A stretch of 64,000 nucleotides of DNA from a bacterium (GTDB lineage Bacteria; SAR324; XYD2-FULL-50-16; G965216635). Both the position numbers and the translations under genes were made by a program. The notes below the pieces were generated by a model. It ran no database searches and was not told the origin of the DNA. It saw only the letters and a list, made by a program, of their open reading frames with translations. Location: positions 1,280,001-1,344,000 of the forward strand of contig OZ244188.1 in NCBI GenBank assembly GCA_965216635.1, written 5' to 3'. Below are positions 51,677-60,638 of this stretch, piece after piece (position 1 is the stretch's first letter; every line of letters starts with the position of its first letter).

Positions 51677-51928
51677 ACCTTTGAATTTGCCAAATAGGAC
51701 AAAAACAGCTGTGACGGCTAGCCAAATGGTTAGAACAGGTGCGAAAAAATTTTTAGCTTGTAAGAATACTCTCTTACTGCTTATCACAAAATAAGGGTTA
51801 TAGTAAAAGAGCCACTGGCTCTTTTACATTTCTTTTTTGCCTTATTTAGACCACATAACGCAAGTTTTGTAGTACCTGCTCCCATTATTGTGGCACTACG
51901 ATATTTTTCAAGAGTTAAAAATTTTTTA
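51674..51928. mobile_element. One-ended, internally rearranged MITE-like element
   Basis: Left end TAGACCTTTGAATTTGCC supplies the livG TAG; the hairpin/CCCATTATTGTGGCACTA module is inverted relative to copy 2; no right end. Confidence 0.85.
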
Positions 51929-51975
51929 TGGGAAATAGTACGAACAAATGTTGAACAAAATTAATAATAACCAAA

Positions 51976-52806
51976 ATGGGAATTTGTAAATTTTGTAGAG
52001 AACCAGCAGGTTTTTTAAGTAGAGCTCATAAAAATTGTAAATACCAGTATAATGAAGCAAAAAGTGATATTATGTCTCTTTTTAAGGATATTGATTCTAT
52101 TGATGCTAATTTGCAGTCTTTAGAAAAAAAAATTACCACAAAAGCAAAGTCTGGTTATATAGATAAAGATAAAAAAAAACAATTAATTATAGCAGGTTGG
52201 GAACAAGCTGTAGATAACGCATTCGCTGATAAAGTTCTTACAGAAGAAGAGGAATCAACATTAGCTAAATTACAAAATCACTTCTCTTTGTCTCAAGAAG
52301 AATTAGATAAAAGTGGTGCATACTCTAAATTGGTTAAAGGTGGAATATTGCGTGAAATTTTAAATGGAATCATACCAGAGAAACTAAAAATTAATGAATA
52401 TATTCCTTTTAATCTACAGAAAACAGAAAAACTAGTTTGGATTTTTCAAGATGTTAATTATTATGAAGAAAAAACACGCACTCACTATGTTGGGGGTTCT
52501 AAAGGATTTAGTGTTAGAATTGCAAAAGGTCTATATTATAGATCTGGAGCATTTAAAGGTGAGCGAGTTCAAACTTCAGAGCGAATACATGCTGATACTG
52601 GGTTATTAGGTGTGACAAATAAGCATATTTATTTTTCAGGTGAAGAAAAAAGTTTTCGTATTAATTTTGATAAGATAGTTACATTTGAACCTTTTTCTGA
52701 TGGTATTGGTATGCAAAGAGATACTCAAACATCAAAACCTCAGATATTTATAACAGATGATGGGTGGTTTACATATAATTTAATTACGAATCTTGCCCAG
52801 ATGTAA
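51976..52806 (+). CDS. Hypothetical protein inserted between livG and livF
   Basis: Long ORF with N-terminal CKFC...HKNC and C-terminal GFSVRIAKGLYY...DTGLLGVTNKHIYF. Confidence 0.75.
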   Translation: MGICKFCREPAGFLSRAHKNCKYQYNEAKSDIMSLFKDIDSIDANLQSLEKKITTKAKSGYIDKDKKKQLIIAGWEQAVDNAFADKVLTEEEESTLAKLQNHFSLSQEELDKSGAYSKLVKGGILREILNGIIPEKLKINEYIPFNLQKTEKLVWIFQDVNYYEEKTRTHYVGGSKGFSVRIAKGLYYRSGAFKGERVQTSERIHADTGLLGVTNKHIYFSGEEKSFRINFDKIVTFEPFSDGIGMQRDTQTSKPQIFITDDGWFTYNLITNLAQM

Positions 52807-52828
52807 TGATTTTTTAAAAAATACCTAA

Positions 52829-53572
52829 ATGAATAAAAAGAAAAATAAAGAAAAGGTAATACAACAACCAATACTAAGTATTTCTCATTTAAAAGTTTTT
52901 TATGGAGCTATTCAAGCTCTCAGAGGAGTGACAATAGAAATTAAGGAAGGAGAAATTGTTTGTTTGATTGGAGCTAATGGAGCGGGCAAAAGCACTCTTT
53001 TAATGAGTATTTTTGGAGATCCTAGAGCTGCTAGCGGTAAAATTCTTTTTAAAGGAGAAAATATCACCACAACAGCAAGCCATAAAATTATCCACAAAGG
53101 TATTTCTATTGCTCCAGAAGGTCGCCGTATTTTCTCTAAAATGTCTGTATCTGATAATCTTCTCATAGCAGTCTCTCCCAAAAGAGAAAAACACATACAA
53201 CAAGATTTTGAAAAAATTTTCCACCTTTTCCCTATCCTAAAAAATAGAAGAAACCAGACTGCCGGCACTCTATCTGGCGGAGAACAGCAGATGTTATCTA
53301 TTGGAAGAGCCTTGATGAGCGAGCCCGAACTTTTACTCTTAGACGAACCTAGCCTAGGTCTGGCTCCAAAACTAGTACAAAAAATTTTTGAAACTCTAGC
53401 AAATATTGCAAAAGAAGGAACAACTATATTTTTAGTAGAACAAAACGCCTATCACGCCTTGAAATTAGCAAATAGAGGCTATGTTATGGTAAATGGCGAG
53501 ATTAAACTAGGTGGTTCTTCTAAAAAATTACTCAATAACCCTGAAATGAAAAAAGCCTACCTTGGGGGTTGA
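52829..53572 (+). CDS. livF: Branched-chain amino acid ABC ATPase
   Basis: GANGAGKST, PEGRRIF, LSGGEQQM, LDEPSLGLAP. Confidence 0.94.
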   Translation: MNKKKNKEKVIQQPILSISHLKVFYGAIQALRGVTIEIKEGEIVCLIGANGAGKSTLLMSIFGDPRAASGKILFKGENITTTASHKIIHKGISIAPEGRRIFSKMSVSDNLLIAVSPKREKHIQQDFEKIFHLFPILKNRRNQTAGTLSGGEQQMLSIGRALMSEPELLLLDEPSLGLAPKLVQKIFETLANIAKEGTTIFLVEQNAYHALKLANRGYVMVNGEIKLGGSSKKLLNNPEMKKAYLGG

Positions 53573-54605
53573 TTTATTCAAAACCTTTACCACTAAAGTT
53601 TTGAACAAAAAACCAGCTATCATTATTACTTCTATTGCTGGTGCAGATAACTCTGTTTTGAAAACTTTTGCCGCACAGAGTCTAAAAAAAAATTACCACT
53701 TTATTGTCATTGGAGACAAAACAAGTCCCGCAAATTTTGCATTAGAAGGTTGCGATTACTACAACCTAGAACGACAAAAAAATTTAGAGTTCACTTTTCC
53801 TGCTATCTGTCCTACAAAAAGTTATGCCCGTAAAAACATAGCCTATCTCATTGCTGCAAAAAACCAAGCCCCATTTGTAATAGAAACAGATGATGATAAT
53901 TTGCCACGCGATAGTTTTTGGACGCCACAAAAAAGAACCCAAAATGTGCCAACAATTACAAAAGCAAGTTGGGTCAATGTCTATCGTTATTATACTGAAA
54001 ATAATATTTGGCCTAGAGGTTTTCCTTTGGAAAACATTCTAGAGCTCCCGCCAGTTTGGGATTCTCTGCTAACTCAAGAAATAGATTGCCCCATACAACA
54101 GGGTTTAGCGGATGATAATCCAGATGTAGATGCTATCTATCGCCTAGTATTACCACTACCGCAGCAATTCAAAAAAAATCGTAAAGTAGCCTTGACTAAA
54201 GGTAGCTGGTGCCCTTTTAACTCTCAAAATACCTGCTGGTATCCCGATGCCTATCCTTTAATGTATCTACCAACCACCTGCAATATGCGTTTGACGGATA
54301 TATGGCGTAGTTTTGTGGCTCAAAGAATTTTGTGGGAAAACAATTTAGGACTACTCTTTTATGAACCTACTGTGTGGCAAGAAAGAAACGAACACAACCT
54401 GCTAAAAGATTTTAGCGATGAAATAATGGGCTATCTTCACAATTCTAAAATCTGCCAAGAATTAGAATCTCTCTCTTTAAAATCGGGCACTGAAAATTTT
54501 GCTGAAAATATGCAAATTTGCTATGAAACTTTCATAAAATCGGATTTACTAGAAAAAAAAGAATTAAATTTACTTGAAATTTGGCTAAATGATCTAAAAT
54601 CGTAA
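53562..54605 (+). CDS. STELLO/DUF288-like glycosyltransferase
   Basis: VIGDKTSP, YARKNIAYL, ETDDDN, WPRGFPL, QQGLADDNPDVDAIYRL, DIWRS. Confidence 0.8.
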   Translation: MGVDLFKTFTTKVLNKKPAIIITSIAGADNSVLKTFAAQSLKKNYHFIVIGDKTSPANFALEGCDYYNLERQKNLEFTFPAICPTKSYARKNIAYLIAAKNQAPFVIETDDDNLPRDSFWTPQKRTQNVPTITKASWVNVYRYYTENNIWPRGFPLENILELPPVWDSLLTQEIDCPIQQGLADDNPDVDAIYRLVLPLPQQFKKNRKVALTKGSWCPFNSQNTCWYPDAYPLMYLPTTCNMRLTDIWRSFVAQRILWENNLGLLFYEPTVWQERNEHNLLKDFSDEIMGYLHNSKICQELESLSLKSGTENFAENMQICYETFIKSDLLEKKELNLLEIWLNDLKS

Positions 54606-54635
54606 AAAAGTAGAATTTTTGTTCTACGATATTGC

Positions 54636-54724
54636 TGCGAGTTAAAAAAAAATTTTTCGCACCTGTTATAACCATTTGGCTAGCCCCAATAGTGGGGTTA
54701 GCATCAGCGAAATTCAAAGGTCTA
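54636..54724. mobile_element. One-ended (right arm) fragment of the MITE-like family
   Basis: ...TTTTCGCACCTGTTATAACCATTTGGCTAGCCCCAATAGTGGG...AAATTCAAAGGTCTA. Confidence 0.8.
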
Positions 54725-55170
54725 TAAAGTTAAATCTATTTTAGAAAGTTAAATCAATCGTTCTCAATTTATGCAATTCATCTCTTGCATATATATTGTG
54801 CTTTGATTTGCTTGTTTTTTCAAATTCTATGCGATTTTATTTTATTTGCAATTAGGACAGGGATGTTTATAACTCTTTTTCCACAGGGTTTTTAGGGCAT
54901 TTTCTAACCAATTTGTTGGAAAATTATTCAAAATAACCTTGTAAAGACTTATATCGCTCATTATTTACTCATTTTTAGTATAATTTATTACTTCATAATA
55001 GCCTTGTCCTATCAAGGAAAAACAGCCATTTTGTTAATTGTTGTATATTATTCTTTTAAAAATATTCCAAAAATCATTTTTTTTATGTTACTCTATTTAC
55101 TGTTTGAAAATCAGGTTGAGAGAGAATGCCTGTTTTTGTAATGTAATATTAATTTTTCAACTTTTTAAAA

Positions 55171-56226
55171 ATGGGATGGGGTAGTTTTAGAGCACCAAGA
55201 ATTAGAATTAGTATACCAAAGATTAAAATACCTAGAATCAGTATACCTAAGGTTAAAACACCTTATTTAAGGGTACCAAGCCTACCCTCTCCAAATATTT
55301 CTACTAGATCTTTTAGTATTCCTAAAGTATCTGTTCCCGTTCCGCCTATATCAGACTTAAAAATTAGTGAGTTTTTTCAAAAACTTAAAATTAAAGAAAT
55401 TTCAATTCCTAATTTTTTCCCAGGAATGGCTACTAAAATAAAAACTATTCCTATTAAATTTGATTTTCCGATAGATAAAATTGATGATCTTAAAAAAGCT
55501 ATTATTCCTCCATATATCACAATACCTCTCAAAGGGATAAAAATCCCTAGCTACACGCGGTATATTTCTATTCCTCGTATTAGAATATCTTGTCCTAGAA
55601 TTAGATATAAAAGTATAAGTGTTGGAATCCCTGATGCGTCAGTTTCTTTTCCTAGACTTAAAGTTAAATTACCAGGGTTTGAAATACCTATTAATGATAT
55701 AAAAATCAAAACAAGCACCTTTCTACCTGATTTAAAAAGTATTTTTAAAAATGCTAGGGTTGGAATTGACACTTCTATTGGTTTCCCTGTGCCCAAGATT
55801 CAGATTAAAGTAGGCGATATCACCTTACCTATTCCACCTAAAACTGAGGAATCTGGCGACCTTTTCCCAGATGATATGATCAAATCTAATATAAAAAAAA
55901 TAATAACTGGCATTTTTTCAAAAGTTTCAGTTCCTTTTCCTGGATTAAAAGCTAAAATCCCTGACATTAAAATTTCTATTCCTGATATTAAAGCTCCTAT
56001 TCCCGATATTAAAATTCCTATTCCTGATATTAGAGTGAGTGTACCTAGTTTTAGTGTTTTAGGTCAGAGAATTAGTTTAGGTAGTGTGAGAGTGCCTATT
56101 CCAGATGTTAAAATTTCTATCCCAGATATTAAAATTTCTATCCCAGATACTAAAATTTCTATTCCCGGTATTAATATCCCAAAACAAGATATTAAAATAC
56201 CTGATAAAATTCTTATGGGTGATTAA
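55171..56226 (+). CDS. Ile/Pro/Lys-rich repeat protein of unknown function
   Basis: Recurring IPDIKIS / IPKIKIP 5-7 aa units. Confidence 0.75.
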   Translation: MGWGSFRAPRIRISIPKIKIPRISIPKVKTPYLRVPSLPSPNISTRSFSIPKVSVPVPPISDLKISEFFQKLKIKEISIPNFFPGMATKIKTIPIKFDFPIDKIDDLKKAIIPPYITIPLKGIKIPSYTRYISIPRIRISCPRIRYKSISVGIPDASVSFPRLKVKLPGFEIPINDIKIKTSTFLPDLKSIFKNARVGIDTSIGFPVPKIQIKVGDITLPIPPKTEESGDLFPDDMIKSNIKKIITGIFSKVSVPFPGLKAKIPDIKISIPDIKAPIPDIKIPIPDIRVSVPSFSVLGQRISLGSVRVPIPDVKISIPDIKISIPDTKISIPGINIPKQDIKIPDKILMGD

Positions 56227-56306
56227 AAATATGATTGAAAGAATAAATATACTAAAGCATTTTAATTAAAAACTATAATATCAACCTTATTTAAAATAAA
56301 CGAACA

Positions 56307-57059
56307 ATGACTGACATTCTAAAACCATATAAAGAGATATTTGGAATAATAGGAGATATGTATACTTATGTGGGACGAATACTCGTTCAATGTTGGATTA
56401 TTCTGTTATGGGATCATACAGAAAGAAGAGAAACAAAATCTATCCCAGAAAATATAAAAAACAACATAAAAGAAAAAATTAATGGTTTAAAGTGCGAATA
56501 TATAGATAAGGGTACAAAAGAATGTACAAATCAAAGCGCACCGAACAATATGCCAGGCTGGGGATGGGACCCTGTTAAATACGACAAATCAAAAGAAATT
56601 TATGATGATCTTTTAAATATTTTAGATAGTGATTGTGTTTGTTATGCAAAAAGAGATGATGAAACTAATTTTAGAAAGGCTTTTGAGAAACTTTCTTTTA
56701 CAAAAATTCTTATAGGTTTGGGCGCATTCTTCGGCGCTTGGTGGGTCATATTCATTTTCTTTCTTTTAGATATCATAATTAAAAATTACAAAGATAGTAA
56801 TTCCATTACACTAGGACATCCCGCTCACACTTATTACTATATTTTATTTGCACCTAGTATTACGCCAGAAAAAGATGATGACAAGACTTTGGGACTGTGG
56901 GCACATGAGCTTGTTCATGTCCAGCAATATAAAAAAATAGGATTTGGATCATTTGCTTGGCGATATGCAAGAGAAATTTTTAAAGGGCATGATAATATAG
57001 AATTAGAAAAAGAAGCTAATAAAATTGCTTGTAGTTTAGGATACAAAAAATATTGTTAG
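56307..57059 (+). CDS. HExxH zincin-like protein (DUF4157-like) with internal hydrophobic segment
   Basis: SITLG...LWAHELVHVQQY...LEKEA. Confidence 0.65.
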   Translation: MTDILKPYKEIFGIIGDMYTYVGRILVQCWIILLWDHTERRETKSIPENIKNNIKEKINGLKCEYIDKGTKECTNQSAPNNMPGWGWDPVKYDKSKEIYDDLLNILDSDCVCYAKRDDETNFRKAFEKLSFTKILIGLGAFFGAWWVIFIFFLLDIIIKNYKDSNSITLGHPAHTYYYILFAPSITPEKDDDKTLGLWAHELVHVQQYKKIGFGSFAWRYAREIFKGHDNIELEKEANKIACSLGYKKYC

Positions 57060-57148
57060 ATAGTATTTCACTAATTGAGAAATTTACTCTAACATATCCA
57101 AAAATTAAGAAGTTCTCTTATAGCGTTTTAATCAGTCTAAAAGAATAG

Positions 57149-59113
57149 TTATATCTCCAAATCAATCGTTCTCAATTTATGCAATTCATCTCGTAGTTTT
57201 GCTGCTTTTTCAAAATCTAGTTTTTTGGCAGCTTGGTGCATAGCTTTTTCTACAGACTGCATTTTTTTATAAAACTGTTTGCTATCCCCATAGTTTATAC
57301 TTTTTTCTTTCACTAAAAATTCTTCTTTTTCTACTAAGGCTTGGTGTATCTTTTTTTGGATGGTTTGGGGAGTAATATTATATTTTTCATTATGTATCAT
57401 TTGTGTTTTTCTTCTCCGATTTGTTTCTGCGATAGTTTTTTGCATAGACTTTGTGATGGAATCAGCATACATAATAGCCTTGCCTTCGGAGTTGCGTGAG
57501 ACTCTACCACAAGTCTGCATCAAAGGACGGTAGGAACGCAAAAAACCTTCCTTATCGGCATCCAGTATTCCTACCAAACTTACCTCAGGTAAATCCAAAC
57601 CTTCCCTTAAAAGATTTATTCCTATCAAAACATCTATTTCTCCTGTACGTAAATTTTTTAAAATAGCTGTTCTTTCAATAACTTTTATATCTGAGTGCAT
57701 ATAGCAAACTTTGATTTTTAGTTGGCTGTAATAATCACAAAGACTTTCAGCCATTTTTTTTGTTAGGGTAGTAATCAAAACCCGCTGTTTTTTTTCCACT
57801 CTCAGAAGTATTTCGTTATACATATCATCCACTTGATTTGCTGTAGGGCGGACTTCAATTGGAGGGTCTAGCAAACCAGTAGGGCGGATAATTTGCTCTG
57901 CCATTACAGAAGATTTTTCTATCTCATAATCTCCAGGGGTGGCAGAAACATAGATTCTCTGTTTGATGATTTCGTCAAACTCTTCAAATTTTAAAGGACG
58001 GTTATCCAAAGCAGAAGGCAGACGAAAACCAAATTCTACTAGATTTTTTTTGCGACTGTAATCTCCGTGATACATACCGTGAATTTGAGGTAGACTTACA
58101 TGCGACTCATCCAAAAAAAGTAACGACTGTTGCGGAAAATAATCAATGAGTGTCGGCGGAGGATCTCCAGCCAGTCTGCGAGTCATAATTCTAGAATAAT
58201 TTTCTACTCCGCTGCAGCTTCCGGTCTCATCCAGCATTTCTATATCGTGCTCGGTTCTTTGCTTCAATCTTTGGGCTTCTACTAGCCTATTTTGTTTTTT
58301 AAAATAATACAGTTGCTCGTCTAATTCGTCGCTTATCATCTGCAAAGTTTTCGGCATCATATTTTTTGGCTGCACATAATGGCTAGCTGGATAGATGGCA
58401 CATTTGGTTAGTTTTTCTATAGTTTTAGAAGTGATGGGATCTATTTTTTTGATAGATTCTATAGTATCCTCAAAAAGTTCCAATCTAATAGCAACATCTT
58501 CATAAGCCAAATAAATATCAATTCTATCGCCTCTGATTCTAAAATTTCCGCGACTAAAATCTATATCCTTTCTTGAATATTGAATTTCTACAAGTTTCGC
58601 TACAATCTCTTTTCGGTTCATTTCTGCTCCTTGCATTAGATAGAGCATCATACCCGAGTAGGCTTCGGGTGAACCTAACCCATAAATACAAGAAACACTA
58701 GAGACTATAACTACATCTTCCCTTTCAAAAAGAGAACGTGTGGCTGACAAACGAAGTTTGTCCAAATCATCGTTGATGGAGGTATCTTTCTCAATATAAA
58801 GATCCTTCGTCGGCACATAGGCTTCAGGCTGGTAGTAATCGTAATAGCTTACAAAATACTCTACTGCATTGTTGGGGAAAAAATATTTTAATTCCTGATA
58901 AAGTTGTGCGGTTAAGGTTTTATTGTGCGTCATAATTAAAGTAGGACGACCCAATTTTTGAATAATATTTGCCATCGTAAAGGTTTTTCCAGAACCCGTC
59001 ACTCCCAGTAAAAGTTGGCTAGTCTGTTTATCAGAGATTCCTTTACTGAGCCTGTCTATTACTTTTTGTTGGTCTATGGAAGGATTAAAATCGCTGTGAA
59101 GTTCAAATTTCAT
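57149..59113 (-). CDS. uvrB: Excinuclease ABC subunit B
   Basis: GVTGSGKTFT, YYDYYQPEAY, GINLLREGLDLPEV, C-terminal UVR domain. Confidence 0.98.
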   Translation of the reverse strand: MKFELHSDFNPSIDQQKVIDRLSKGISDKQTSQLLLGVTGSGKTFTMANIIQKLGRPTLIMTHNKTLTAQLYQELKYFFPNNAVEYFVSYYDYYQPEAYVPTKDLYIEKDTSINDDLDKLRLSATRSLFEREDVVIVSSVSCIYGLGSPEAYSGMMLYLMQGAEMNRKEIVAKLVEIQYSRKDIDFSRGNFRIRGDRIDIYLAYEDVAIRLELFEDTIESIKKIDPITSKTIEKLTKCAIYPASHYVQPKNMMPKTLQMISDELDEQLYYFKKQNRLVEAQRLKQRTEHDIEMLDETGSCSGVENYSRIMTRRLAGDPPPTLIDYFPQQSLLFLDESHVSLPQIHGMYHGDYSRKKNLVEFGFRLPSALDNRPLKFEEFDEIIKQRIYVSATPGDYEIEKSSVMAEQIIRPTGLLDPPIEVRPTANQVDDMYNEILLRVEKKQRVLITTLTKKMAESLCDYYSQLKIKVCYMHSDIKVIERTAILKNLRTGEIDVLIGINLLREGLDLPEVSLVGILDADKEGFLRSYRPLMQTCGRVSRNSEGKAIMYADSITKSMQKTIAETNRRRKTQMIHNEKYNITPQTIQKKIHQALVEKEEFLVKEKSINYGDSKQFYKKMQSVEKAMHQAAKKLDFEKAAKLRDELHKLRTIDLEI

Positions 59114-59225
59114 TTTTTTAAATAATTAACTCAAATTATTGCTTAATTTTAGGGTATTTTTCTATTTTTTTATAAAAACACTTGATTTGTACGGTTTTTT
59201 GTGGAAAATAAGGGCAACTTATTGC

Positions 59226-59335
59226 TATTTTATTTTTATAATGTATTATAAAAACACTTTATTATTTTATTTTTATAATATATTATAAAAACACTTTATT
59301 ATTATATTTTTATAATGTATTATAAAAATATAATA
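59226..59335. promoter_or_regulatory. Three tandem 37-bp units, each containing the palindrome TTTTTATAAT-NN-ATTATAAAAA (putative operators)
   Basis: Units start at 59226, 59263 and 59300; the third has ~17-bp perfect arms. Confidence 0.6.
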
Positions 59336-59377
59336 AGGGAGATTTGTATAAAAATTAATTCTTACTTTAATAATAAA

Positions 59378-59578
59378 ATGTTTAGAACAAATAATCAAAC
59401 AGAAAAGAAGAATCAATCCGATAGAGAACTGGAACGAAAAATCGTTGCTAGATTTTCTCGCGGTAATATTCGTCTACAACAAGGGAAATATATTACTCAA
59501 GAAGACATTGATGAGGGATTTGAATATATTAAAAACAATCTTCTTCCTAAAGTTGAGAAAAGTTTAAATAATGGATAG
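59378..59578 (+). CDS. Small hypothetical protein (66 aa)
   Basis: ATG 59378 lies just downstream of the repeat block; ARFSRGNIRLQQGKYITQEDID. Confidence 0.55.
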   Translation: MFRTNNQTEKKNQSDRELERKIVARFSRGNIRLQQGKYITQEDIDEGFEYIKNNLLPKVEKSLNNG

Positions 59579-59635
59579 AGAGCAGTTTATTGAAAATATT
59601 TATTTTTTAGCTAAAAAATAGTTTATAAAATCAAA

Positions 59636-60226
59636 ATGAACGAAAAACAAAACTATTCTAATTTAGATAATTATTTTAAAGAAAAAGTCAGCATTGTTGC
59701 CTACCTTGTTAATAAATTTGCTAAACAAGGAGTAGAAACAATTAAAGTTCTAAAACTAGTATCTTTTTCTGACATACACGCTTTAAGAAAGTATGGGGCT
59801 TCTCTCACAAATGATAAATATGTTGCGTTAGCCAAAGGACCTGTTGCTTCTCAAATTCGTAATATTGTAGAACAAAATAAAAAATACTTAAAAGGAGAGA
59901 ACGAATTAAAGTATGTAAAAGAGTTTTTAAAAATAAAGAAAGAAAAAAACTGTTACAAAGTTTTTCTCACCCAAAATAACAATTATTTAAAGTATTTGTC
60001 CAAAATAGACAAAGAAGTATTAGATGAAATTCACAGCAGATTCGGTCATTATAATGCAGATGAATTAATAGACTTAAGTCACGAATTTCGGGCTTGGAAA
60101 AAATACAATATAACTGGCAAGAAAGAAAGTCATGAGATAAAAATATCTGATTTTTTTATAAATGATGGATGCTTGAAAGTTGCTAAAAACCAATTAGAAG
60201 CAGCAAAAATTTTATATGAGTATTAA
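59636..60226 (+). CDS. Panacea/DUF4065 (SocA-like) antitoxin
   Basis: KVLKLVSFSD...YG..LTND.YVALAKGPV...ELIDLSHEFRAW. Confidence 0.78.
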   Translation: MNEKQNYSNLDNYFKEKVSIVAYLVNKFAKQGVETIKVLKLVSFSDIHALRKYGASLTNDKYVALAKGPVASQIRNIVEQNKKYLKGENELKYVKEFLKIKKEKNCYKVFLTQNNNYLKYLSKIDKEVLDEIHSRFGHYNADELIDLSHEFRAWKKYNITGKKESHEIKISDFFINDGCLKVAKNQLEAAKILYEY

Positions 60227-60614
60227 AATTAGAAATGTTTATAAGTATATTAGCCATCATTTAAAATCCAGTTTTTATAAAAAACATAAACGAAAGCATT
60301 GGATTCCTATTATTGCGAACTATGATGCGGGAGACAGAAAATTAATTGTTATAATTACAACATATAAATCAGCACTAGAAACGAATTGTAAAACTCTGAA
60401 TGGAGAAAATTCTTATGTAGTTATAAGCCCTAGTGATTACGGTGAGTTGTCAGAAAAATCATTTACAGATTGTATAATTTATACAGAACTGAATAATCTT
60501 TTTAAGACGAAAGATAAAAAATCGGATATATCAGAGGAATTACTAAAACAGATTAAAGACGCCGCATCAGAAAACCAAAGAAATCCAGATTACCTTAAAA
60601 TGGAGTTGATTTGA
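60216..60614 (+). CDS. Hypothetical protein, candidate toxin partner (PemK/MazF-like by pattern)
   Basis: Overlaps the Panacea gene by 11 bp; H..II...IITT...VVISPSDY..L...SFTDC pattern. Confidence 0.45.
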   Translation: MSIKIRNVYKYISHHLKSSFYKKHKRKHWIPIIANYDAGDRKLIVIITTYKSALETNCKTLNGENSYVVISPSDYGELSEKSFTDCIIYTELNNLFKTKDKKSDISEELLKQIKDAASENQRNPDYLKMELI

Positions 60615-60638
60615 CGAGTTGACTATAGGTTCACCCAT

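Larger units (their letters stand above)
54751..57192. mobile_element. Genomic islet integrated in the uvrB 3' end, bounded by a 34-bp direct repeat
   Basis: AAATCAATCGTTCTCAATTTATGCAATTCATCTC at 54751-54784 and 57159-57192. Confidence 0.8.

Noticed and set aside
51674..54724. Composite transposon formed by the left-only and right-only fragments
   Set aside because: Flanks AAAAA and TAAAG do not match, and the span contains the native livF
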